Source: Nitrosopumilus sp.
GTDB taxonomy: Archaea > Thermoproteota > Nitrososphaeria > Nitrososphaerales > Nitrosopumilaceae
DNA length: 64,000 nt
Direction of reading: 5' to 3'
Assembly: GCA_965214775.1 (NCBI GenBank)
Contig: OZ243974.1
Span: forward strand, 576,001-640,000
The notes under the pieces were generated by a model. It saw only the letters and a list, made by a program, of their open reading frames with translations, was not told the origin of the DNA and did not search any database. Both the position numbers and the translations under genes were made by a program. How positions within the stretch are numbered: the first letter of the stretch is position 1; each line of letters begins with the position of its first letter. Below, piece by piece: positions 30,814 to 40,557 of the stretch.

Positions 30814-32367
30814 CTACATAAAAAACCTGTAATGATCTTTTTTAGTTTTATTGTCGGGCAATTCTGAAAGAATTTTGCCAACCTCGCTTGCAAATTTTAT
30901 AGTAATCGGCAAAGACGTAGAAAAAGAGGTGGTGTTCCAATTTAGTTTTGTCAGACCTAAAATCTCTCTTGCAATCTCTTGGGAGGTGGAATCACCCTCA
31001 TGATGAATTCTGAGAGGGTTGGGAATGCTATGGCCAGGATAGGTTCGTATGCGCGGTGTGTAGCCAGAAGAATATAACAAAAATTTGTCATCATCTAGAT
31101 GAATTATTGTGCCTCTTAGTGGTGGAAATTTTCCCACCCTCATGAAGTTAACTTCACTGTGATCACTCTTGACTGTCACAAAATCTTTACGATAAGTTTC
31201 ATTTCCCAAAATAGCTTCGTTAAATCCGAGTTTTTCATCTGGCAGAAACTCTGTAGTTTTGTGCACTACAACTCGACCTGGATTTTGACCTACTTTTTCT
31301 CGGTATTTGTTTATTGCACGAGATAAGAGATCTTTAGCTTGCACTTTTTTTAGATATGCCTGCTTAGTATGTTCATCAACATCAACCTCTTTCCCTCTTA
31401 GAACCAAGCCTTCACCCGTATGAGTAAAAATTTGAGCCATTGAAATTTGAATGTCTTTTGTAGGGTGTAATTTGTCTCGGAAAAATGAAACTCCCACATA
31501 GCAAGTATCTTGAGGAAGTTTGGCCAATCTCCAAGGTTTACCGTTAGCTTTGTAAAATAATGCAGTACTCAGATTCCATGCAAAAGCACATGGATCTTGC
31601 ATCACATGCTTTGAAATAGAGTCATACTTTAGCATGTGATCACATGTAGTTTCGTGCAAAATTTGAATTGGAATGTCAAATTGCATAATTTTCCCTTTCA
31701 ATGCATGCCGAAAATCAAATGATTTGTCTTGATCCTCCTCCTCATTAGATAGATTAACTCCCCATTCTGAGAGAAATCTTTGTCCAGCATCTTTCATTTT
31801 TTGTAATTTTATTTCTGCTTCAGTAGCTCTCGCCGTTTTTGCCCCTCTTGTTTTTTCTGATATGCCGCAATAAGTTTCGACAATTTTAGGAAGTGTGCAA
31901 ATTACAACGTTTGGCTTGTCATCGTTTTGGCTAATTTTTTTCATTTTTTCGGCAAAAAGATTTGCACCGTATGCAATTCTTTCATTAGGATTTGCTAACT
32001 CAGTGCTGGTGATCTTATTGAGTTCAAAATCGTCAGAAATCTGTTCTTGCCAGATTTTTGACGTGTGGATATTGCATCGAAAACTAGAATCTTTTGTTAG
32101 ACCTGCATAATCTGGAAAGAGCCATTTATTGCCATCATGGTATGTAGGGATTTTGTTTTTGATTAAATCTAGTATATCTAACGTTAATGATATCCCACTT
32201 CTGTTTCCAATAATGCCTATACGTATGCTTTCTAATGGAAAATCTTCATCTTCATATCTAAATGGCCCATATCTGGATAGTCCAATTTTGGGATCCTGCT
32301 CTTCATTTCTACCACCAAACACTAGCTGCGGTTCTCTTACAAACTCAGTGCTAAACATCGGCCTCAT
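30814..32367 (-). CDS. ago: Short prokaryotic Argonaute (MID-PIWI, catalytically inactive)
   Basis: EPQLVFG..DPKIGL..YGP; AWNLSTALFYKANGKPWRL; CYVGVSF (first catalytic Asp replaced); VVVHK; LRGT; ILGLTKLNWN; LPITI. Confidence 0.95.
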   Translation of the reverse strand: MRPMFSTEFVREPQLVFGGRNEEQDPKIGLSRYGPFRYEDEDFPLESIRIGIIGNRSGISLTLDILDLIKNKIPTYHDGNKWLFPDYAGLTKDSSFRCNIHTSKIWQEQISDDFELNKITSTELANPNERIAYGANLFAEKMKKISQNDDKPNVVICTLPKIVETYCGISEKTRGAKTARATEAEIKLQKMKDAGQRFLSEWGVNLSNEEEDQDKSFDFRHALKGKIMQFDIPIQILHETTCDHMLKYDSISKHVMQDPCAFAWNLSTALFYKANGKPWRLAKLPQDTCYVGVSFFRDKLHPTKDIQISMAQIFTHTGEGLVLRGKEVDVDEHTKQAYLKKVQAKDLLSRAINKYREKVGQNPGRVVVHKTTEFLPDEKLGFNEAILGNETYRKDFVTVKSDHSEVNFMRVGKFPPLRGTIIHLDDDKFLLYSSGYTPRIRTYPGHSIPNPLRIHHEGDSTSQEIAREILGLTKLNWNTTSFSTSLPITIKFASEVGKILSELPDNKTKKDHYRFFM

Positions 32368-33832
32368 CGTTATGTCTCACTTCCAATACATTCGCTTCCA
32401 CTTCTGGTTCATAATTTTCTATCATATTTTTTAGATCTGTTGTAGGTCTGTCCCAAGAAATGCCATATTTTGACTTTGTTTGAATGGGTTCGGATGATAT
32501 CACAAAATCTTCCAAGACATGTATGTCATTCCCATTACTGAGTTTGTTACTCCAAAATAAAATGTTGTTTAGATGTGCATCATTGTACTTGTTGTAGGAT
32601 AATTTTGTGATTATGGTACCTTCTCGTAAACCAGATATCACTCGACGGCCATCAGATGTAATAACAAACGTAGGACTAATTTTAAGATAGAATTTTTTAT
32701 TTATTTCTTCAAAAGATGCTTTGATTGCCGGATGTAATATAATGTCAGATTTTATTTGTGAAGCATGCATTGGATTAGCTACAATTCTACGAGCTGCTCT
32801 AAATTTTGAAGGCCAGGACATAAATCGTTTTTGATTGTCAGAGGAGAAAAATAATTTTTTAGTTTTACCGTTAAACCTCATCCCTTGTTTTATTCCACAA
32901 CCAGCAATCTCTTTGTTCATTAAAGATACAACTATGTTTCTTTTGTCTTTGTCATCTAACCATTGTGATGTTTTTTCAATAGCGATAGTTGATGTGTCTA
33001 CAAGACGTGAATAGGGATTCGTGGAATCTGTCAAGTTTTGTAGTGAAATCAATTTGTTTTCGCGAAGGATGATCAAATCAACGGGATATGTCATGTGTTT
33101 TTTTAACTCATTAGCAATGTCTTCTCTATTAAAAAATTTTGAAGTTCCAAGGAATATTTTTTCAGGAAATTTTTTTATTTCAAATAAATTACTGTATAAT
33201 GTTTCGTCTATTTTATCAGGCTCTCCTGAGATTATTGATATGTTATAGTTTTCATCTTTAACCCTCTGATTTATCCAGTCAATTTCAAATTGTGAGGCAG
33301 GAATGCTTTGAGTTCCACGTCTGATGAAGACTGTTCCTTTCTTAAATGCAGACAATTGCTTGGGGTTATCGTCATACTTGAAAAACCCATCTTTTTTTGG
33401 TATGGCCAGTTCACGTGAAGGTTTTACATAGATTAATCCAAATCGTCGTCGCTCACCATCCACGGTTTTATAAAATTCATCATAGCAGATTTCAAGAATC
33501 GTGTTAGAGTAAGAATCAAGTTTCTGTTGCAGAGTAGCTGGCTCTAAATGAAAATGCGTAGGCAGTCCAGTGGGAAGAAATTTGCCCTTTACCTCTGGAT
33601 CCAAATGTTGGTTTTCAGCCATTCCAAGTAAAACAAAACCCCCACCATAATTTGCAAATGCTAGAGCATCCTTGACAAATTTTGGAAAATCAGAATTTTT
33701 CTCTGTGCTGATAATTCGTTTGTAATCCAGAAACGGGGTTTCTTTTTGTAATGAGAATAGGTAGTTTTTTACAAAATCTCCTGTTGGATCAAATAATTCG
33801 TCATTTATCCTTACTCCCACTTTGTCAGACAT
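32351..33832 (-). CDS. AlbA_2/Schlafen-APAZ fusion (pAgo partner)
   Basis: N-terminal ETPFLDYK..KDALAFANYGGGFVLLG..FIRRGTQS; C-terminal APAZ-like ETLYSNLF..YLKISPTFVITSDG; overlaps the ago start. Confidence 0.88.
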   Translation of the reverse strand: MSDKVGVRINDELFDPTGDFVKNYLFSLQKETPFLDYKRIISTEKNSDFPKFVKDALAFANYGGGFVLLGMAENQHLDPEVKGKFLPTGLPTHFHLEPATLQQKLDSYSNTILEICYDEFYKTVDGERRRFGLIYVKPSRELAIPKKDGFFKYDDNPKQLSAFKKGTVFIRRGTQSIPASQFEIDWINQRVKDENYNISIISGEPDKIDETLYSNLFEIKKFPEKIFLGTSKFFNREDIANELKKHMTYPVDLIILRENKLISLQNLTDSTNPYSRLVDTSTIAIEKTSQWLDDKDKRNIVVSLMNKEIAGCGIKQGMRFNGKTKKLFFSSDNQKRFMSWPSKFRAARRIVANPMHASQIKSDIILHPAIKASFEEINKKFYLKISPTFVITSDGRRVISGLREGTIITKLSYNKYNDAHLNNILFWSNKLSNGNDIHVLEDFVISSEPIQTKSKYGISWDRPTTDLKNMIENYEPEVEANVLEVRHNDEADV

Positions 33833-34668
33833 GTTTATTTTTGGTATTGTTAATTTATTTATTTACCGATTGGCATTTTTTTACAACAGGATCGAGTTTG
33901 TGAAGAATTGGCCCGTGGTTTACTGCCGATCATAAATCATTGAAAAATAACGAGTCTCTGTGGATGAACCCATGATGCAATCTCTATACTGAGTCTCTTG
34001 CACTTTTTGCACAACTCGGAAAGGCATTCCAGTACGGAAAAACACTGAAAATCCAAAAATTCAAAGGCCACTCTCGTTAGAACCCAAAGGACATCATCAA
34101 AAAATATGATGAGATTACTCAAGTTGGATTATCTTTTCATGACTCTAAATCAGAAAATTTGACTCCGGAAACGACTTTTCGTATACGAAGGCGGATAATC
34201 AAACCAAAAGGACAATCAGAACCAAAAGTTTTGGCTCATTTTGAATTCAGGAGTGGGGGAAAGAGACATCAAAAATCGATGAGCTGTCCTCATAATCCAA
34301 AGCAAACCTACATGATATAGTATCCACAAGTTATGTCAGAAAAAATCATGATTGTGTAAATTTGAGAAGATAATCTTCTCAGACGGGCAGACGGGGGTCG
34401 ATGAATAGCTAAAAACTCTAGACTTTTGACGGGCAAAAGACTCAAAAGATTACAAGGTGTATAGTATAATGTGACAGGATAGAAAGGGAAATAGCCAATA
34501 CCCTCAGATTTTGTAAACTCCGTGTTTTCATGCTCATTTGACTCCTGTCACGTTCTTGATATTCCTCCGTGTATAATATTATAATTTCAAAATTGGTTAT
34601 CTGTGATTGATCGTAATAATTTCAGTCCACGAATGATGATTTTATCTCGTCGGTCAGAAAATGTTAGT

Positions 34669-34895
34669 ATGGAGTCTGAGGAAATTTTTCACTCAGGTAA
34701 AGATGAGGGACTGGGGCGACTCTGACGTCCCAGAAGGTTGTGGTGTACAGGGCCCACGTCGGGGGTCCGGGAGTTTTTGGTTTTCAGGACCCGGATGGGG
34801 CCTGATGTGTATGGTGGATAGGAGGCCCGGAAGGGTATTCGTGGGAGATTCAGCTGGTCGTTTTTGTGTCTAGTGAAGTAATGCGAGAGGTTCGG
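34669..34895. other. Conserved hairpin core, copy 4 (resident ICE; putative oriT/origin)
   Basis: Homologous to 1811-1966; upstream homology with 1120-1640 extends back to ~34134. Confidence 0.7.
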
Positions 34896-34954
34896 GTCAA
34901 GTGCCGGCAACGTCAGGTAGGAAAAATAGTGAAAATGTAGCTTTTTGCGATAGT

Positions 34955-35138
34955 CAAAAGTTACACTATGTACATTTTTGGGCGGCCAAAAGTTACACTA
35001 TGTACATTTTTGGGCGGCCAAAAGTTACACTATGTACATTTTGGGGCGGCCAAAAGTTACACTATGTACATTTTGGGGCGGCCAAAAGTTACACTATGTA
35101 CATTTTGGGGCGGCCAAAAGTTACACTATGTACATTTT
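34955..35138. repeat. 32-bp tandem repeat x5.7 (iteron/centromere-like)
   Basis: Unit CAAAAGTTACACTATGTACATTTT(T/G)GGGCGGC. Confidence 0.95.
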
Positions 35139-35189
35139 GTACATTTTGCAAAAAGTTGGCCCTTAAACGTGAAATTACAGATACAGTAC

Positions 35190-35486
35190 ATGCCTGAAAA
35201 AAAATACTATAGAAAGGTGCGCAGGCAGGGCCATAGCCTCGTCATCACGATTCCAAATGCGCTGGTGGAGAATCTCGACATTGACGAGGATCAGATCGTC
35301 GAGTTTGTGAGTTTTGAGGATCGGATGGAATTAGTCCCCATGCGGACCCAGCACACCTCATCAAGCGAAGGCGGCAAGGACAGGTACGATCTTGCGCTTG
35401 ACAGGGCAATGGAGAACTCCAAAAAGCACAGGGAGGAGCCGGATGCCTCCTATGATAAAAAACTGGAAAGGCTGCACCTCAAATGA
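35190..35486 (+). CDS. AbrB/MazE/SpoVT-family DNA-binding protein
   Basis: YYRKVRRQGHSLVITIPNALVENLDI; start reassigned to MPEKK. Confidence 0.88.
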   Translation: MPEKKYYRKVRRQGHSLVITIPNALVENLDIDEDQIVEFVSFEDRMELVPMRTQHTSSSEGGKDRYDLALDRAMENSKKHREEPDASYDKKLERLHLK

Positions 35487-38400
35487 CCAGGGCCGTCACT
35501 CCCTGCCTCTCCCTTTCTTCCAGGGTCTCGAAGATCTTGTGGATCTTCGGGCTCCTTGACCACACGTGACACTGCTCAAACCCCAGTCTTGGCCACTTTG
35601 TCATGTTGTACCTGACATGCTCGGGGTGGCTCTGGACTTCTGCGGCAGACTCTATCTCCACGCTTATCGGCGTCTCGTTATAGTAGTCATAGGCGACAAG
35701 GTCCGTCCTGTCCTGCCCCTTCCTGATCCTCTGGGAGGCCAGGGTTACAAACATCCCCTTCTTCAGATACGTGTCAAATATCTTCCTGGTGACTGCCTCT
35801 ATCTCCTGTGCAGACCCGATCTCTGCAAAATCCAGGTCAAAGTATGTCCTTTTGGAGCTTTCGGTGAGCTCGTACGGGGACAGCCTGTTTTCGGGCTCCG
35901 TCTTTGCCACCAGTTTGCGGGCCACCAGATCCTTGAGGACCTTGAGGACCTCGGACCTGTTTGAGACCCGGAGCCGGGAGGCCATGTCCACCTGCTGCAT
36001 GGGCTTTCCTCCCCCTCCTCCTCCTCCCAGCAGCATCAGCATTATCCTCCACTCCATGTGCGTCGGAAATCTGACGGATATGCTCTCAAGCCACTTGTTC
36101 CTGTTTGCGGCAGTCTGCCTGACAATCGTGTCCTCCACCGTTCCCCTGCCGTACAGGGCAAGCTGCTCGGCGAGAAACTGCCCATACGCGTCTCGCCTGT
36201 CAGGGGCTCGGGGGGCATGTTGAGCCAGAACTGTATCGGGGGCGGCTGTTCCTCGCCCGGAGGCGATTTTTCCCGTATGGTCCAGTGAAAGTATTCCTGG
36301 CTTGCAAACTGCTGCATGAGCTCCTTTTGGAACTGGGGATCCCATATCTGTGATATTCTGGAGGCGTCCTTGCCGTTGACCTTGCCGATCAGCTGGGTTC
36401 CGGAGTTTCCCGTAATCAGTCCCAGCTGCTTGTCGCTGATCTGCTCTGTGGTCTGGTGTGACAGGATCAGCCCCAGTCCCAGGGATCGCGCCTGCTCCAG
36501 CATCAGCTGCAGCACCTGGAGATCCTTGACTATCTGGAACTCGTCCAGGGCAAGGATCACCTGGGTCCTGTTCTTCTCGTCGGGGATCCTGTTTGCGCGC
36601 TCCTGGACGGTAAACCACAGCTTCAGGATGAATGCCTGCATGGCCAGGGGCTGCACGTGGTGGGGCATGTTGAGCGGGGATATCCTGACGACCGTGTACC
36701 TGCCGGACCTTATTATCTCGTTGAAATCGACCGTTCCGTGCCTTACGGAGAACATTCTTTTCAGGACGGGATCCGTGGCAAACTGCTCTATCCTGTTTAG
36801 CAGCGGGGTAAACGCATCCACCTTCAGGGTTGCGATACTCTCAAGGGCCTGCTCCATCTCCGTGTCCGGGGTCCCGAATGTGTCCATTATCTTTGGCAGC
36901 GCGTCGTTCTTGTCGCGCTGCAGCCGCAGTATGATGTCATGGATGTCAAGAAACGTGGGCGCGTCATGCCTCATGTATATGTAAAACAGCAGCGCGCGGA
37001 ATATCCTCTCCATCTGGACAAAGCTGGCAGACTGCTGGTACCACTCCTCGATGGTCTTCATGAAATAGCCCACGTACCTGGACACCACCTCCTCGCGCTC
37101 GCGCGGCCGGTGCGCGGGCAGCTCCAGCGGATTGATTGAGAATCGGGTCTGCTGCGGATCCAGAAAGTGAATCCTGTTGTCGTCCAGGGTGTCGGGCTCA
37201 CACTGCTTGATGAACTTGTGCGAATCATCGCCCTTGGGATCTACATACACGAACGCGTTGGGAAACTCCCCGGAATTGTTCCACATCTCCAGATGCTTTG
37301 CAAGAATCCTGATGAGCGATGTCTTGCCGGAGCCTGATGCGCCCACGGCGTACACGTGGTTTGCAAAGTCGCCGGTGGATATCACTGCAGCATCAATGTC
37401 TTTGGATTTGCTGATCGCCCCCCATAGCGCACTCCAGTCAAACGTCTCGGACGTCCTTGGCTTGAAGAATCCCAAGCTCGAGCCGATCTTCTCGGAAGGC
37501 TTGGCGGGAATCGCGACTCCCCGCGTGGTGCTTATGTTCGGGGTAAACGGGTTTGGCAGGTGTATGAACAGCGGTATCTCCGACAGGTTCAGTATCAGAA
37601 ACGGCAGCGGCGTCCGCTCCCTGTACCCGCCAATCCAGCCCCTCTCAAAGTATCGCGCAAACGCCCCGTCCAGAAACGGTCCCGGGTCGGGCAAAAGCCT
37701 GGACTCGAACATCCTGATTCTCTGATGTTTCTGGGAATCACCGCGGATTCTGATCAGGGGTGCCTTCTTCTTCCTGCCCTCGGAATAGAACTCGCCGTAC
37801 TTGTACCGGAACTTTGTGAGATGCTCGTGTCCGGAGCGGATGTTCTCAAGCGGAAGCGCCTCTATCTCGTCAAAGTGCAGGTCGATGTCCGAGTCGCTCT
37901 GTATCACGCCCCTGATGCTCATCAGCATGTGCGCGCTCTGCATCTTCAGCGTGGCGTGCTTTTGCAGTCCGGTATAGTTGTTGGTAAAGTCGTATCCCAT
38001 CTCAGGGTGGTCGTGCGGCTGCCTGTCGGGATGCATCAGTATCTCCGTGTTGGACAGGTACCTGCCGCGCCTTATCTCGATGTTCTTCTCATCCAGGCGG
38101 GTCACGTGCCTGCGCAAGAACGCGTTAAAGCTGTAGTGCCTGAATGCAAACTGTATCCATGCGTATTTGGACAGCTGGATCGTGTTTGCGATCTGGGTTA
38201 TTATCTGGTGTGACTTTGTCTGGTCAAATACTGCGGTATAGTGGCCGTGATAGGTCCCCACGTCAAACACCTGGTACTCTGACTTTGCGTCAAACCATTC
38301 CGGCGTGATCCTCCTGAGATCCTCGAACGCGGCGTTTGGGTACATGTTTGCAAACGCCTGCTTGAAGCTTGGGAGGTCCTTGGACTCCCCGACCAGGACG

Positions 38401-38624
38401 AACTGGAGCCGCTTTTCCGTGCTGTCCCACCACATCTCAAAGCTTCTGATGCCTGCGCTTACAAGGCCGCCCGCGGACAGCACCGCCTCCTTTTTGTCCA
38501 TGGTGATCGGGATCATTACGGAGCATGCGGCCAGCCTGTTAGGCGCTGCAAGAAATTTCGTTATGCCGTCCAGCTGGCCCTTCTGCTTTTTCGTATTTGC
38601 AAGATGCCATCGCCGCGAGCCCAA
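35479..38624 (-). CDS. VirD4/TrwB-like coupling ATPase with C-terminal wHTH + PD-(D/E)xK-like domain; 1-nt frameshift near 36192
   Basis: HVYAVGASGSGKT, YVDPKGD, SINPL, LALDEFQ, ARSLGLGLILSHQ; reading continues in the other frame as DAYGQFL...RTDLVAYD..ISVEIES. Confidence 0.85.
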
Positions 38625-38924
38625 ACCATGAGAAAATCCCGGTTTGCCATATAAGGAGGTCCAGATGCAGGCGTTTCATTTCACCGCCTGCCTTGAACGA
38701 ATTATCCCGCTCGCCAGAATCTGCTAATTTCGAGTCAGATCTCAGGCCTGATCCGTATCAACTTCATATACAATAAACAAGTGCCTAGCGCCAGAATGAA
38801 AAACAGAGATCATCCTTGCCTTTGGGTCTGACTGTATGAAGTCATTGATCAGGCGCGTGTCGATACCTGGCGAATCTTCACTCCAAGACTTGCCCTTTCA
38901 AACACCAGGGTTTGGTTTCAATGG

Positions 38925-39257
38925 TCATGGTACGTACAATTCAGTCTTTTGTTCCAGGCACGCATCGATCTGGTCGGCGATAGAATTCAACTGCAATACC
39001 TGCTGATCGGTAAACCTGGGCGTCTCCTGATGCAGTACCGGCAGCTCCATATTCAACGACTCATTGAGATCCTGCAAGTCATCCGGACTGCCGACCAACT
39101 GGCACAGCCTTAGATTTGATTCCATGATGCCTATCCAGTCCTCTGCTGACTGTCTTTCTACGGACTGCTGGTCAGATACGCTCGTAATGACTGCAACAAT
39201 GCCCACTGCAACAACTATGCCGGCTATTGCAAGTCCAAGACCTCTTTTTTTATTCAT
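38925..39257 (-). CDS. Small membrane-anchored protein (paralogue of the 16714-17460 C-terminus)
   Basis: N-terminal TM helix; EDWI..NL.LC..LPV..P.FT..AC. Confidence 0.8.
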   Translation of the reverse strand: MNKKRGLGLAIAGIVVAVGIVAVITSVSDQQSVERQSAEDWIGIMESNLRLCQLVGSPDDLQDLNESLNMELPVLHQETPRFTDQQVLQLNSIADQIDACLEQKTELYVP

Positions 39258-39490
39258 TTGGCTTCTGGCCGGCGGGTGGCCATAAAAAAGTTGGGATGGG
39301 ACGGTTAGCCGTCTACGAAAATTAGAAAAACTGGCCGTGTCAAAAACCGTAAATCACTTCGAGTCCGGGCTGTTGCAAACCAAGGCAGAAAAGCACGCTT
39401 CAAACCATGCCCGATAACGGAACAAAAACAATGATCCCTTTCAGATGTCACTGCAAGGGCCCAGAAGATATTAAGAAATATGGAAAAAAA

Positions 39491-40327
39491 TTATGATTTG
39501 GCGGCCATGCTGTAAAGCCCCCTTGCGTTGCTCATTACGGGATCATCCGGAATCACAATCTTGAATTTCTTCAGCCCTTCCAGCAGGGCACTGTTCATCC
39601 CGGGCAGCAGCAGCCCTCCTCCGGACAGTGCTATGGGGTACCTGTTGCCATAGTTTTCGGACATCTCGCAGATCTCGTTGATCAGGTTTTCTGCCATGAT
39701 CTTTGTATAGATCTTGCAGGTATCTGAATTTTCGTAGATCCTTTGAACGTCCAGATGCGCGAACTTGCCAATCTTTTTTGTGACAAAGCTGGACGCCCAT
39801 TGTGAACTCTCGCCATCGATTACCTCGAGTGCGTCTATCACGATGATCTCTGTTGTGCCCTGTCCGATCGACACCACGATGCCGCTTTCCCGTTTGAGAT
39901 CAACCAGGGTTCCGGATGCCTGGGCGACCACGATGCATTTCTCGGCGCCAAGTATCCTTTTTACCGTTCTTGACATCGAATCCCTATAGTCAAACGCGTG
40001 ATATGGCAGGCCCACTGCTATTCTCGTGGGCGTGTCCGTGCCCATGGGAATCTTTGCAAGTCCATAGACCTGAGACATTGATTCTTTTATGATCATCTCT
40101 GCCTGTTTTTGGTATTTTGGATCAGGCCTGCCTTTCCGGATTGGGCTTATTGCGCTGGCCCCCATCGTAGACAGTATTGACTGTGCCTGTGTTCCGACCA
40201 GCTCCGATGTCTTGCTTGTCCAGTTCCCGTGGATTCGCTTTACATAGACGGACGGAAATCTGAAAGAGCCATGGTTTGAGACGCACTTTACGAATCCCGT
40301 TCCGATGTCAAGTCCTATCTTTAGCAT
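39491..40327 (-). CDS. ParM/StbA-like actin ATPase
   Basis: IGLDIGTGFVK..FPSV; VGLP; VSIGQGTT; LSGGG; PVMSNARG; start reassigned to MLKIG. Confidence 0.88.
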   Translation of the reverse strand: MLKIGLDIGTGFVKCVSNHGSFRFPSVYVKRIHGNWTSKTSELVGTQAQSILSTMGASAISPIRKGRPDPKYQKQAEMIIKESMSQVYGLAKIPMGTDTPTRIAVGLPYHAFDYRDSMSRTVKRILGAEKCIVVAQASGTLVDLKRESGIVVSIGQGTTEIIVIDALEVIDGESSQWASSFVTKKIGKFAHLDVQRIYENSDTCKIYTKIMAENLINEICEMSENYGNRYPIALSGGGLLLPGMNSALLEGLKKFKIVIPDDPVMSNARGLYSMAAKS

Positions 40328-40388
40328 ACAATGCAAGGCGTCAGGGCAATTTAAGGGGCAGATGACCTGCGTTTGGGATCCATAGATG

Positions 40389-40415
40389 TGGACGCGGCCG
40401 GGATTTGAATCCGGG
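40389..40415 (-). other. tRNA 3'-half-like sequence (T-arm + acceptor strand)
   Basis: Reverse complement CCCGGATTCAAATCCCGGCCGCGTCCA. Confidence 0.5.
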
Positions 40416-40557
40416 CATCTTTGGGTCTTTTGTAAGCCATTAACGGTACGTAAAGGAATCATACGCGAGGTCAAAGGCATCCTGCGTCTGCTGCTCCTTC
40501 AAACCCCCTCCATGACGTCAGATCTGAGATACTTGGCCGATACAAGGCTCTGTTAAC

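Noticed and set aside
34901-35197. 32-bp repeats read as a CRISPR array or as ORFs
   Set aside because: Units are contiguous with no spacers, and the ORFs cycle through frames
35479-36618. 379-aa ORF as an independent gene
   Set aside because: The first ~140 aa are an off-frame shadow of VirD4; the remainder is the frameshifted C-terminus
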